Shown here: positions 23,702-36,620 of the stretch, piece after piece
How the letters are laid out: each line of letters begins with the position of its first letter
Numbering within the stretch: position 1 is the stretch's first letter
Assembly (NCBI GenBank): GCA_016748015.1
Contig: JAAOMT010000599.1
Location: 393,099-457,098 of the forward strand
DNA from: Geosiphon pyriformis uo1
Lineage: Eukaryota; Fungi; Glomeromycota
Length of the DNA: 64,000 nt
Direction of reading: 5' to 3'
The notes under the pieces: generated by a model
Seen by the model: only the letters and a program-made list of their open reading frames with translations
Told to the model about the DNA's origin: nothing
Database searches by the model: none
Program-made: the position numbers and the translations under genes

Positions 23702-24720
23702 TTGATAACACATGTTTTTCTACCTACAGAACCAATAAAGTCTCAGATATCATGTGCATTAGTGCCCATCAGCAGTGTGTAGAGCAAAGCCCTATGCTGA
23801 TCTTTTGTGTCCTATGATTCCTTGTCCAAATTAGCCTTAGCCACTCTCACAGCATCTTTTCCGATCAAGATGGACCATCTAGCTGCGACCAAATTAGCCT
23901 AATCTGATTGGGCAAATTCAACCACAGCCTTTTGCCATAGCCCTACCAATTGCATTTTGATTGACACAACAGAACCAAATTCAGAAAGTGCAACATGCAC
24001 AGCTTCAACTGATGTTCCAACTGGAATTTCCTTTACCACCACAGCCCAATCTGAATGATCAGTTGGTTTCTTGAGATCGGTGTTAACCAAGATTTTTGCA
24101 TCTCCAGCCTTTTTTGAAGCCTGCACCAAGTTCAATTCAGAAGTGAACGTTGCTCTGATGATCCCAGCAAATTTTGAGGAAGTAAAGGCTCTTCCAAAAC
24201 CATTGATTCCTGAAAATAATTTCCTGACTGCAGAAAGTTTCTCTTGAGAGAATTTCCCAATCACTTTTTTCAACCCAATATTTAGAGCAAATGACTTTCG
24301 AACAGAGACATTAACCAGATTTTTCAAAGGAGGAGGAAGTTCTAAATGACCACCTAATAAAACATTATCATCATCATTGTTGCCCAAAAAATTAATTTTG
24401 CCCAGAGATTTACCCAAAGCTTGCTTAGTAACCACTTTAGGCCCTTTGGGTGTTTGGTTAATGTCTTTTTCTTTCAAAAGATCACTTTCTCCATAATCTA
24501 CACTAGTTTCCTCGATCAAAAACTCCTTTTCCATGTCCACACTGTCGGATTTAGTAGTATTCCCAGCCTCAGACCCCCAAGAACCACTAACTGCTTTATC
24601 AGACACAACCATTTTTTGAGCAGCACCATTCTTTAGAACACCACCTTTTCTTTTTTTCCTAGAAGCAATGTCCTTACTAACAGTATTAACACTAAAGCCT
24701 TTGGTAGACTTTTTCATCAC
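23702..24720 (-). pseudogene. LINE ORF1, N-terminal half (RRM-like)
   Basis: 273-aa ORF containing AVVVKEIPVGTSVEAVHVALSEFGSVVSIKMQ...AVVEF; continues in frame on the other side of the Gypsy insertion. Confidence 0.8.
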
Positions 24721-25152
24721 AACAACACTGAAACCAACAATGGCCTCATAATCAAGCAGAAACAGTTTGGATTTATCGTACTGAATTGTAAAAAACTTCT
24801 TTTTAAAAAAAACTTATGACTCTTTTTCAGGAATTTGGGACAAAGGAAAGAAAGAAGTTTTTTTTTATTATTTAAATTATCTATTAAATAAAATTATTAT
24901 TTAGCAGTTGAATTTTTTAAAAGAATAATTTTTAATTAAAATTATTTATATTATTACTAATTAATAAAAGCTTTATTATTAAAATTAGAAAAAATACTAT
25001 AAAATTATTAATATTTTATGTTTTTAGATTAGAAAAACACTTTAAATAATTACAAAAATAACTTTAATTAGCTTTTGGAAAAAAATACATAAAAATACAC
25101 AACAATTAAAAATTAAAAAATAATTTATATTATGATATTAACAAGAAAAGCT

Positions 25153-25441
25153 TTTGTTATTTTTTTATTTATTATTGTTTTATAAGTGAGGTCCAAATAC
25201 TGCCTATAACTATACATTAAAAAAATAATCTAAAATAGGTGTGAATTATGCACTTTCTATACGTGACCAGTTACTCAGGCCAATCAGAACAACACTATGC
25301 AGTTATATAAACTAAAACTAAGCCACCAACACCCAAAAAAAATAAACAAGATTTGCAAAAACCAAAACACATGCCAAAAACCTCAGTAATACCAAACAAT
25401 TTGACCACATTAGCAGAAAATTCTGAAGCCAAACCAGACAC
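25153..25441 (-). mobile_element. LINE 3' end fragment
   Basis: T-rich tail, conserved 3' UTR hairpin motif, ORF2 C-terminus (VSGLASEFS...FGFCKSCLFF). Confidence 0.75.
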
Positions 25442-26269
25442 TGTTACAAGTGATTATTTAGGGTCTTAAATCAAATAACAAATCCATAACTTGGTGCTAA
25501 TTTGCTTGATATTAGTAATATTTAAAGGTTTTGATATCTGAAAGTTTTGGGTTGAGTTTTTTATGTAATAGACAAATATTTAATTGTTGTAATCTATAGC
25601 TTTCTGGAATCACAATTCCATCAAATTTCTTTTTTAATGTGATGGCTAGTAATCCTTCTGGTAAGCTATCCTCAATTGAGTATTTTATCCTTATTTCTGA
25701 ATTTTTTACCAGTCACTTTAATGTCAATACTCTGCACATTAATCCCTAATTCAATTAGTAAACAACCAAAAAATACAAACAAAAGAAAAAAAAAGAAATA
25801 AAGAAAATGAAGAAATTAAGCCAAGATAATTAAGTTAGTATCTCATTAATAGCTGTAATTAAGAGCTATTGTTTCAGTAAGATCAAGTATTCATTACTAT
25901 TAACACTTTATATTGATAATAAAAAGTGAATTAAGATAGCAAATAATTATTTATTGATATTTGTGATTTTAGAAAAATTGTTTAGATAAAATCTAAACTA
26001 AGAAGTCTGTTTTTTTTGCTTTTAATACTACTGCTATATATACATAATTAAGATTTTTCAATTTTTTAATTCTTTACATTAAGAATTCTGGAATTTCTGG
26101 AATTCTGCAATTTCTTTGAGAGGAATCTTGAAATTCTGGAATCTTGTAATTTCTCATATGAGAATCCTACAATTTCTTTAAGAAGAATTCTAGAATTCTA
26201 TATTTACTATGGCTACTTCTAATTGGCTAATTTATATGCTAATATACTATCTATATTCTAATAGTAACA
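25442..26269 (-). mobile_element. Solo LTR, family A, without a matching TSD
   Basis: tgttaca...gtaaca; homologous throughout to 13572-14444; flanks acac/tcag. Confidence 0.85.
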
Positions 26270-26900
26270 TCAGTATTTTTTTTGATTTTTAACAAATAAA
26301 GAAAAATTTCTTCACTTTTTGTTTTATTTTTAATCAAAAAAATTAATCCAATAAAATTACCAATATTTAATCTTGACCAAATTTGTATAAAACAATTAAA
26401 CTTGATGGTATTTTTTAAAAAAAAGTCTTAATAATCTTTAAAACTAAAATCTTTAATCTATAGAATCTAAAAAACTACTTATTTCTAAAATTACCAAAAT
26501 TTTTGAACCAAATCCTGGAAAAAACTTTGTCTGTTGATTTAATTATTACTATTTTTAAATAATTTCACATTATATTTAAATTATTTTGCCTTTTTACATC
26601 CTAAAACTTGCTAAATATACAAGATATTCTCTCTAATAAGCATTTTTTAAACCAAGTTTATTTTAAAATATTTGTATTTTTAAAATCAAATTTTCATTAA
26701 TTTTTATTAGCATATTTTCAAATAGCATTTAGATATTTATTAAAAAAACCACTCAAGCCAAAAAAACTACAACAGCTAAATAATTAGTATCAAAAAAATC
26801 AGAAATATTACTAATTTTTTATTTAATTACAGTCATCAAAAGATATTTACTAACAAAAATATAATCAATAGTTTTTTTTATATTTTTTGATTTAAGATTA
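26270..26900 (-). pseudogene. Heavily mutated LINE endonuclease/linker relic
   Basis: Minus strand gives TIDYIFVS...ISDFFDTNY at about 26780-26875. Confidence 0.65.
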
Positions 26901-27454
26901 CTTAGTCTAATTCTATATATTAAATAGTAATTAAATTGTATTTGTTAAAAAAAAATAACAATAATAATAATAATAATATAATTAACTAAATATATAATTA
27001 AACATGTTTTTTTGATTATTTTAATTTAATTATTATTAAAAATATGCAATTTTAATTTTTGTTATTTAAAAAATTCAAAATATTATTGTTATTAAAATTG
27101 AAAAATTGAAAAAAAATAATATTTAATAAAAAATATTTGGTTATTAATATTATTACTTCAAATTATTTAATTTTTATATATAAAACAAGTTTTTTAAAAT
27201 TTAATTAAATACTTTTATTCAAAAATACTATGTTAATTTAATTACTTAAATTTATTTTATATGTTTAAATTTGGTTAATTTGTTAATATTATTGTAAAAT
27301 TTAATAAAAAAAATTTTGAATTTTGAATTTATAGTTTAAATAATATTTATATTATTAATTATTATTAATTATTTTATTATTATTTTATATTTTAATAAAG
27401 TATAGTTTTTTAATAATTTATATATAAACAATTATAAAAATAAATTATAATACT

Positions 27455-28085
27455 AGGAAAAATTTGATCTTGATAACTGTTGAAGCTTGGTCTGAATTGC
27501 TGAATATTTATGCTATTAACAGTATAATAATAAAATCTTTACATGAAGCTGAATTCTCAGATTATTTATATATATTATTAGCCAAAGAGTTTGTAATAAA
27601 AAATTAAGTGGCTAATATAATATATTTACTAAGTGATGGCTTTGATAGTGTATCTCTAGTTATCAAGTTAGTCCAGAGTTTTACTGAAAATTACAAATCT
27701 ACCATATAATTGCTGATTGCCAAACTAAGAACACATTATAAAAAATATGACCTCTTACTGCATGATGAATCTATAATACTGGTTGTTTCTAATTTGGCAT
27801 CCTTATAGTTTTTTGGTATGATTTTTGATTTTAGTATTAGGCTAGATATTCATATTTGTTTTAGTTTACATTCTCATTTGTCTAATGTTCATTTCAGTTT
27901 TTTGCATGATTTTCCTGTTATAAGTAGTTTAGATGCTTAGTGTTATTTTAATTGGTCTAAATAACTGGTTATATATAGAAAATATATAAGTTATACTTAA
28001 TATAAGAGCTTATATAATTCTATAGTTTTAGATAGTAGTTGAATTACACTTATAAAACATGTAATAAAAAAAATAAAATAAAAAT
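27455..28085 (+). mobile_element. 5'-truncated, decayed LINE 3' end with A-rich tail
   Basis: LYILLAK(G>E)FV..AKLRTHYKKYDLL matches other ORF2 C-termini; 3' UTR motif; aaaaaaataaaata tail. Confidence 0.75.
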
Positions 28086-28164
28086 TATGTATTTTTAATA
28101 TATAAATAATTATTTAAACTTATGTTAAATTTTTATTTTTATTTTATTTAATTAATTTTTTAAT

Positions 28165-30645
28165 AATTGTTTATTTTTTTTTATTTTTTTAATAAGTGAG
28201 GTCCAAATGCAACCTAGTACTATACATTATACTAATGATCTAAACTAGGAGTAAATCATGCACTTTCTACACATGACCAGCCACTCAGACCAGTCAGGAC
28301 AACACTATACACTTATATGCACAGAGACCAAACCCCCAACATCTAAGAAAAATAAACAAAACTTACAAAACCCAAAATCAACTCCAAAAGCTTCAGCTAC
28401 ACCCAGCAATCTTACAATGCCAGCCGAGAATGCTATAGGCAAACCATAAATTAATGCAGAAATGGAGCTGTCACAAAGAATCAAACTATGCTTCTCTATA
28501 AAGGCCTAGTGTTTGGCACAGACCAACCAGATATCATCCCAAAATGTGAGGCACAAAGTCCACAATCTTTTTAGTCCCAACCTTAAAATCTTTAAAAACC
28601 AAGACAGACTCACAATACCAATCATTAAAAACAAAGCTCTTATACAGAGCAACATTAACTCCAACCTCGAAAACACAAGAAGCCAATAACTGTGAAACAC
28701 GTGAGAAGAATCAAAACAAAACAGAAAAAGCCTCCCAAGCTAAAGCATAAGTGTCCAACAACTGAGCACAATCAGCAGCATCATGGGGACAAGAAAAGAT
28801 ATGATCCAAGACCTCAATATTACTACAGTACAAACACACCACATTAGGATAATCTCTATCATACAAACGCTTATAAACAGCAACCAAAAGCCAATAATAG
28901 AGGGCTTTTATGAAGTATGTCTGACAACTAGCTGTATACACACTAGTGAAACCAGCAGCCAAGTGAAAATTGAGGTGCCAAACCAGAGAGAACTTAAACC
29001 AATTAATATCAACATGCAAACTATCCACCACGACCTGAGAACCAGACCCAACCTCCCACTGAGCATGATGAACAGAATGGAAAACATCACACATAAAGTG
29101 TCTAGAGTTACCAGAAACCATGGCCCTACCAGCACTAAGAAAACGTTCACTGACCAAGTGAGACAATTGCCAAGCAGAGAGGGCAGCATTCTTGGCAAGT
29201 GCATCCACATGCTTATTGCTTGAGATGCCTAAATAACCCTTGACTTTAATTCAATTCACATCCAAATTTTTACAACAAATGACGTTAGTAATGTGACAAT
29301 GCTCGATCCAACAATAGTTTCTAAAATCCAGACAAACCAGCAGAGACTCTGACCTGCATGCATCCAAAATGGCTTGACTGTTTGAAAACAAGTCAACCGA
29401 ACAAAAAGAAGGCACACACTTAAGAGCCAAAGTAATGGCTTGCAATTCTGTTAGAGTAGAAGAAATCAAACCAGATACTCCTACACCCAAACCTGAGTTA
29501 ATGTCCTCAAAAAAAATGATGGCGCCAGCCTTCATGTCAACAGTGCTCAAACTACACAGAGACCCATCCATATAAACAGAAAGGCAAGAGGCATCAATGG
29601 TCAGCAGAGTGTCACAAACTGCACCAAAATCATGAAAATGACAAACATCAGAATCAACATGCCTATCCAAAAAGGAAAAACAAATAGAAGAAGGAAAACC
29701 ACCACCAAGAAAGCAAATGGAGAGGTCAAACCAGAAAGGGACTGGACCATGAGGGTCCAACCTCTTCCAACACTTGAAGATACTCCAACTGAAGACATCA
29801 CCTTTATGGTCATGAAGCTGTTCCACAAAAGCAATCCCATATTGTCTGAGAGAAGAGACACATTTGAAAAAATAGGGTTTACCAAGAACCAGAGACATAG
29901 GAGTACCAATCTGACAGCAAAAAGCACAAGCCAAAGAGCCGCCCAAAGACAAATCATACTCGGAAAAAATACGAACCACACCAGCCAAAAAATTATTCGA
30001 GGAGCTGACACCAACATGAGCTGGAAACAGCAAAGGATGATGAGGATGCCAGCTGAGAACTTAAAGGTCATAAAACCTGTAAGAAAACAAGCGACCCAAA
30101 ACACCAGTGGAATTTGCAAAAACAACAATGAAAGCAAATTTGCCCTCAGCCTAAATCTGTTCAAAAGTTTTTAAACTGTACAAAGAGGGATGATGAAGTA
30201 CATTATTGGGGAAATCATATGGCAGCCCAGACTTAGACTTTAAAATCTGCATACCAGAGTGTTCCACTTATTACAAACACTAATAAGAACAAAACTAAAC
30301 TGAGTTCTATAGCTGATGATAGGAAAGAGAACTACAGATACCAAATAAGCACACTGTTTGTCTGATATTGCCTTTTTCAAAACCAGATTCACAAAAAACC
30401 ACATGTCAGATTAAGCCTTAGCCAAGCTAAACTTTGAAAGACTCTCAGAGAACAAAAAAATATCCAGATAATGATGAGATTCCTTCTTCTTGGCAATGGA
30501 AATAGGTGCACCACTAATAGTCAGACAAGAACTCACAATCCAACAGTTAATAGAGATGGCTACTGTCTTGTCATTATTTATCGAAATATCATTAAACCTG
30601 AAAAATTCACTAGCAACATCAAGAATGTGTTATGTAGCAGCTTAG
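28165..30645 (-). mobile_element. LINE 3' half (RT tail, RNase H, Cys motif), tail-to-tail with the previous copy
   Basis: VYMDGS, TELQAITLAL, VCLYCSNIEVLDHIFSC; 3' UTR and T-rich tail. Confidence 0.85.
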
Positions 30646-31988
30646 ATTGTTTATTTAAATTTAAATTTTTTAATATATTTTATTAAATCATAAATATTTA
30701 AAAAATAAACTTTGTGTTTATTTTTGAATTGATTAAAATTTTTAAATAAATTATTAATCAATATATAAAGTACATAAGCCATATCTTATTTAGAATACTT
30801 AATTATTGTATTATATTAAATAGTAATTAAACCTTACTTATTAATTAAATTAACAATATTTTTAATTTAAAGAAATTAAGTTTTTATATTTATAACAGAA
30901 TTAATATTGGTAATTAGTAAAAAAAAATTAAATTTACCAAAGATTTAATTTTTTTAATTACAAATTTTACCAAATTTGACAATTTTTATAACTTAAATTT
31001 TAGTAAACACAATTTTGTTTTATATATTTTATTAAAAACTTCAAATTAAAAAATATTACAATTTTAATATAAAATATTAAACCAATAAAATAATTTGTAA
31101 AAGCTTTAAATTTTATTAAAAACTTTAAAAAAATCTTTAATAAACCAAAAAAACATTTATAATTAATAGACATATAGTTTAAAATAATAATAATATTTAA
31201 AATTTTTTTATTAAATATAACTTTTTTCCAAAGTACTTATTTTAACAATTGCAATATTAAGAGTTTTTTAAAAACTAAAAAACAAAAATAATCATAAACT
31301 TAAACAAATATATTACTAATTTCAAAAATAATAGCCAAAAAAAATTTATTTAATATATTATGAAAAATAATTATCTTGTTCTTTTACTAAAACAAGTTAA
31401 TAAAGAAGAGCAGTTTTAAAAGTTTTAGAATTTTAATAATATATTGTTATTAACCAATAGACTTTATTAAAAATTTTAAAATTTATCTTTATTGATTATT
31501 TTAATAATAATTAATCTAGATTTTATTAGCAAAAAATTTTTTAATATCAAAAAATTTTAAATTTTTATATATTTTATTAAAAAATACTTTATTAAAATTA
31601 TTGTAAAAGATGAAAAACAATTGTATTAGTTTAAAATTATATAGCAATAAATTACCTAAAAATTAAAATTAACAATAATTATTTATTCAATTATTTTGAT
31701 TATCAACAAATTATTTTTATTTGTTTAAAGTTTATAATTTTGTTTGCAACTTTAAATTTCCTAGAACATTGTTTTTACGAATCATGTATCTGATGTAGAC
31801 ATGGCTGATACTTTATTGGGGTCAATGAATCTGAAGTTTTCAATAGTTCCAAAAAGACAGTAAACCACATTATCATAATTTGAAGACTAATGCATTCTAA
31901 TCGTCATTGCCCAAAAGATCTTAAGCACTGAGTAAATTTGGCAAGGTGATTATGCAGCTTTCAATATGTTTTTATTTACATCCCAGGC

Positions 31989-34460
31989 TTAAACAAGAAT
32001 TTTTGAAATTCTTCGATTTGAAATTGTCTTTTTTCCCGGCTCATTTGGCTGATTATTACTTGTGTTCGGATTGTCATTTGCTCGATTTTTTTTTGTTTTT
32101 GCGTTAACGCTATGTTGTGTTTTAATTTTTCTTTCCCTTATTCGATGCAAGGCAAAATAAACGTTTTTGGAAACTTCCTCAACGCCTGCGACATCAGAGA
32201 ATTTAATTGTCAAGCGTTGAACATCAATCAGGATTGCCCTTGCTTTTGCAAAATCGTCAAGTGAAGCAAAGAATTTTAAGATTTCATCATATAACCTCGC
32301 GGATAAATGATAACCAAGAGTTTTCATATCTTCATAAAGCATCCATAAGAGTTGAGGATCTTTTTCTGCCAAGGCTCCTCGTACGAGTATAAAGTAGGTA
32401 GGGGGTCCAAATTTCAGAAAATTGAATTTACGCTGTTCAAAAAAGAATTCAGCGGCTGTGCGGACATCAGCCTCTTGCACAAGATTTTCAAGAATCACGT
32501 TAAATATTTCAATATTTGATTTCATTCCTTTTTCTTTCATTTCAGTGAATAACTTAAAAACTTCGAGATGTTTGCCCGCTTTGAAAGAAGCGTTAATCAT
32601 TATTTGATAGGTGGTCACGTTCGGTACGACGTTGGATGAAGCCAAGCCTTGATATACAGTGAATAAGCGTTCATAGCCAGATATACTGTATCCTCTTAAC
32701 ATAATATTGTAATCTTCAATTGATGGTTTAAACCGATTTTCAAGCATGACTCGGAAAACATTGTTGGCACTTGCCATATCTCCAAGATCCGCGAATCCTT
32801 GCAAAAGGTGTCGGAAAGTCAAATGTTCAATTTTAAAACCGGTTTTTAAGAAATCAGAAAGCAAATTTCTAGCAGCTTTTTTATCCATTTCGGCTGAGGC
32901 CAATTTCAAAAAGGTATGATAAATTTCTTTGTTAGGCAGTTTGTTGGCTTTTTTTAAATCATCAATGATCATATTTCGGACTTCTTTGGCTGCATGATTT
33001 TTACAAATTTCCTCCAAAATAGCATTGTAAGTCCTTGTGCCAACTTCAATTTTGGTAAGTTTCGCGTATGAGTAAATTTGAAGTGCATCATCGATAAGAG
33101 ATTTGTCAATATATCCTATTATCAAGGTTGTATAGACCCTTCGAGGTAAATGAATACGCGTTTCCCTTCCTTGTATAAACATCTCCCGAGCTTCTCTAAG
33201 ATGATCATTTTTTACACAATGTTCAATAACTCTCGCATAAAAATGTCCACTGCTATGAGTACTCCTCGCTGTATAAAGCAACCGCTTGGCAAGATCAAAT
33301 TGGGAACTTTCGATGCACGCGTCAATCAGAATGTCCAGAAGCAAAATATTTGGTCGATTGCCAATCTTTTCTTGGTAAAATATATAAAATCTGCCAGCTC
33401 GTTGAATCTTGTCCCGTTGAATTAATGTTCTAATTAATAAATTATATATCGTTTCGATTAACGTCGTTGAGTCTTTATTGAGAATATCTGCTTTAGTCGG
33501 GGTGTATTGAAACTGAAGATCCCCAATAGCCTTCCCTTCACTAACCATTTGTTCACAGAACTTGCGGGCGAGATCATATTCACCTAATTCAACTAATTTG
33601 TGAATGATGTCACAATATAAGGGGAACCGAATTTCATGATTTTTAGATCGCATCTCTTCAAAATACTTGAGGATACGTTCCAGATCTCCTGATCTGAAAC
33701 GTTGAATTTTGACTCTAACTAAGTTATTATACTGTAATTGATTAAGTTCAATTCCACGAGATTTCAATTGTTCATATAATTTTTCTGCTTTATCACTATT
33801 GCGCGTTTTAAGGTATGAGATGAGCATTTGTGTATAACCTGTCCTTGAAAGTTCAATTCCTTCATTAACCAGTAATTCATAAAGTCCAAGCCTTGCCTTC
33901 ACTCCTACATGCATCATTATTTGCTCAACTTCCTCTGGATGAACCTTCCGAAATAAACGTGGAACACCCAGTATATCCAAAGCAATATTCATGACAAGGT
34001 CACCTTGTGGCTTTTCCCTAGGATTATTCAGAACTAACCGCAGCCTTAGAATATGAGGATGTGACCTATCAAATTGAACTACCTTGTCAGCTGAAATTGG
34101 CTCAATTTGAACGTTGGAAGTTGATTTAATGAAAACTGCTTGGTCAGTTGGGACTGATTCCGAGTAAACCTTAAAGTCTAAGTCATCAGAGTTTGCTTTT
34201 TCAGTTAGTACTGACTTCACTTGGGATTTAGAGTCAGATTCAATAGGCTCTGTTAGGTGAGAAAATAGACGTAATCGTGCTTTACATGAACCGTCTTTGA
34301 AACACGGAAAAAAGCCGAGGAAATGTGTAATTTGATGTCTTTCAGCTAACAAAGAGCCCGCGATTAGCGGTGAAGTAGAATTTGCGATAAGCCCCTTGTA
34401 TGATTTCTGCCGTGAAATCGAAAAACGCCTGTTAGATTGAACAAGAGTCTTAATAAACAT
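31989..34460 (-). CDS. Pentatricopeptide-repeat (PPR) protein, probably mitochondrial; intronless
   Basis: Uninterrupted ORF (first ATG at 34460; track start is GTG at 34532); repeats such as YTQMLISYLK..AEKLYEQLKSRGI and PNVTTYQIMINASFKAG..VFKLFTEMKEKGM; Arg/Ser-rich, acid-poor N-terminus. Confidence 0.9.
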   Translation of the reverse strand: MFIKTLVQSNRRFSISRQKSYKGLIANSTSPLIAGSLLAERHQITHFLGFFPCFKDGSCKARLRLFSHLTEPIESDSKSQVKSVLTEKANSDDLDFKVYSESVPTDQAVFIKSTSNVQIEPISADKVVQFDRSHPHILRLRLVLNNPREKPQGDLVMNIALDILGVPRLFRKVHPEEVEQIMMHVGVKARLGLYELLVNEGIELSRTGYTQMLISYLKTRNSDKAEKLYEQLKSRGIELNQLQYNNLVRVKIQRFRSGDLERILKYFEEMRSKNHEIRFPLYCDIIHKLVELGEYDLARKFCEQMVSEGKAIGDLQFQYTPTKADILNKDSTTLIETIYNLLIRTLIQRDKIQRAGRFYIFYQEKIGNRPNILLLDILIDACIESSQFDLAKRLLYTARSTHSSGHFYARVIEHCVKNDHLREAREMFIQGRETRIHLPRRVYTTLIIGYIDKSLIDDALQIYSYAKLTKIEVGTRTYNAILEEICKNHAAKEVRNMIIDDLKKANKLPNKEIYHTFLKLASAEMDKKAARNLLSDFLKTGFKIEHLTFRHLLQGFADLGDMASANNVFRVMLENRFKPSIEDYNIMLRGYSISGYERLFTVYQGLASSNVVPNVTTYQIMINASFKAGKHLEVFKLFTEMKEKGMKSNIEIFNVILENLVQEADVRTAAEFFFEQRKFNFLKFGPPTYFILVRGALAEKDPQLLWMLYEDMKTLGYHLSARLYDEILKFFASLDDFAKARAILIDVQRLTIKFSDVAGVEEVSKNVYFALHRIRERKIKTQHSVNAKTKKNRANDNPNTSNNQPNEPGKKTISNRRISKILV

Positions 34461-34846
34461 AATCCACTCTAGTAGGGGAAACGAAACTTTGTTTATAAAC
34501 TTACCAGGACACAATCTTTTCCGATCTACCACCTAACTGGCTAAGCTTAGATATCGGAAAATTAATGCTTATTATGATTCGTGGTGAGTCACACTTTTAA
34601 ATTCTGGATCTAAATGATAATTATATCCAAGAAATTTTTTTGGACGGGCGAATAAACCTCTTGGGATCAATCAAATCAAAACTTGTCGATCCGATTATAT
34701 AAAAATGCTTAAATATTTCATTGCGGACAACACATTGACTTTGGAAATCGTAGACTCGAATAAAACCACTTTAAGTGTTTGACGCTAAAAATTCCCGCGA
34801 ATATCACAATTCAGTCCTGAGGGTGAAACCATGATTTTTCTCTTAA

Positions 34847-36513
34847 TCATGTTAGCATAAACTTTGCGTTTTGATAGTACATTAACATAGGATTTTCTCC
34901 ACTCCTCGTCCGAGTTCTCATAATATCAGCATAAGTGGCTAGAAACTCCTTATGAGAAAAAATCCGGATTTCTTGGCCAGAGGTAGTTTTAATTTCCTCT
35001 TGTTCTTCTTCTTCTTCTTCTTCACAAGCCAATTGATAAATAGCTTTGAGCAAATCAAAATTTGTTGGAAAAAATATATCAAAGTAACCTGGTTGCACCA
35101 TATATGTTGAACAAGGCACCATTGAACGCTTGAATCTGGTTTGAACAACAGGGGCGTCAACTCCAGGTATTGTGTGGGGAAGTTCATAAAAATCTGATAT
35201 AATTAACCGATGTTGTGGAAAATATTTTTTGAGAACCTCTAGGAATAATAAACATTTGGTCGGTATAAATTCGGGCAAGGTTACAGTTGGGGGATAGGGT
35301 AATAATTGGCGTATTTTACGTAAGATTTGTCCTTTGTGCAATATCGGAGTTTTATAAGTGGTTTGACTACGCAAATATAAGTATCTTTGAACAAGAGGAT
35401 CGCTGATTGGTTCATAAACTTCTTCATATTCTCCTTTCTCATCAATTATTACAACAGCTTGTAATGGTTCCTTGGTCTCGTGATCATAACAAATGATATC
35501 ATGTGAAAAATTATCCTGTTGATAGGACAAGATTTTGTAATAGAGATTGAGTTGGGAACAATCAAACAGAAAAAATATTAAGACAACTTAAGAGCATTTA
35601 TACCAATACTTCAAATGCCAAAAAAAAGCAAGGATCTGGCACCACCTCATTCCACTCAAAAATACTTTTATTAATAATTTCCACGCAATCATGATCATGT
35701 TTTGCTTTTTGAATTTCCTTCCTTTTTGACTGTAATTCTGACAGTTTCTCGCTTATCTCGATCATCCGATAACTTGTCTGCCGGTATATTGAAGGTTCAT
35801 ATTTTTGTATATATTCAAGAATATTTAACATTAAAGTTCCGTTTCCAGCTCCAACTTCATAAACTATCAAATCTGTGTGCGGATAATTTTTTATTTTATA
35901 TTGTTCAACGATATATTTTGCAACCGCATATCCATACCAAGGCTGGAGCAAGATGAAAATAGAAATTAAGCAAGTAATTTAAAATAAATATTCCAATAAA
36001 ATGTGATAAATCTACCTTGAACAGTTCAGCAGGTGTATGCCAAACCTGCCGTGCAAATTTATTTGTCGCATCAAGCTCATCCTCGATTTTTTTGTATGCA
36101 TTACTCAAAATCTTCAAAAATTCTAAATTATCTTTCATTTCATTAAAATTAAAATCTGTCTTTGATGAAAATATCATAGCCTGTTTTGAAAAATAGCCAT
36201 AGTGGGGGTTGTAGAGTGAATTATCGATAAAATCTCGAGAAAGCATTACTGAACTTTTGGGTGTAGTCGACTCCTTGGCAGCATCTGCCGCTGTCAAAAC
36301 TGGGTAGTTAGCCGAATATTCAAGACTTCTTTCCTTGTCAAAAAAATCTTCGAAAACCTTTATGAAAGGAAGCACTTGAGTTGTAGAAAATTCTCGCTTT
36401 AAATGGGTTAAAGACGTTCTTTTCAAAACAACCATAAAAGGGACTTTAACAAATGTGTGTAGCATATTGAAAGGGAACGACGAACAACCTGAACAAAAAT
36501 TTGGGTCATACAT
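34847..36513 (-). CDS. NDUFAF7/MidA-family SAM-dependent methyltransferase; exons 36513(or 36465)-36016, 35942-35604, 35515-34847
   Basis: RDFIDNSLYNPHYGYFS, YEVGAGNGTL, FEVL/DNFSHD, FDIFFPTNF motifs; two phase-0 GT-AG introns (73 and 88 nt) join the frames; start codon uncertain. Confidence 0.88.
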
Positions 36514-36563
36514 AGATTGAAACAGCCAATCAATTTATCAGTAAAAAAATATAATCTGTAATA

Positions 36564-36610
36564 AGTTTTTTTATTGCTTAATAAAGTGTGGCCCAACCAC
36601 TATTTACAAA
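36564..36610 (-). mobile_element. Tiny LINE 3'-terminal remnant
   Basis: tttttttattg..aagtgtggcccaaccactat matches LINE ends at about 8000 (aagtgcagcccaaccactac) and 38590. Confidence 0.55.
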
Positions 36611-36620
36611 AATAAAACTA

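Larger units (their letters stand above)
7968..24800 (-). mobile_element. Near full-length LINE (ORF1 + EN-RT-RNase H ORF2), split by Gypsy A1 at 13572-23701
   Basis: T-rich tail at about 7968-7990; conserved 3' UTR; the ORF1 frame (GRKTCVI/DRHPV) is restored across the insertion. Confidence 0.9.

Noticed and set aside
28270-28300. Hammerhead ribozyme in the LINE 3' UTR (ctgagt...gaaa)
   Set aside because: Does not fit CUGANGA, and other copies have ccaagt; a simple stem-loop explains it
29601-30174. Antisense and alternative-frame ORFs over LINEs and gag (also 16158-16610, 28783-29223)
   Set aside because: Shadow ORFs of compositionally biased TE coding sequence; no motifs, and not seen in other copies
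34998-35025. (GAA)n microsatellite encoding poly-Glu in the methyltransferase
   Set aside because: Ordinary low-complexity loop insertion; the frame is preserved
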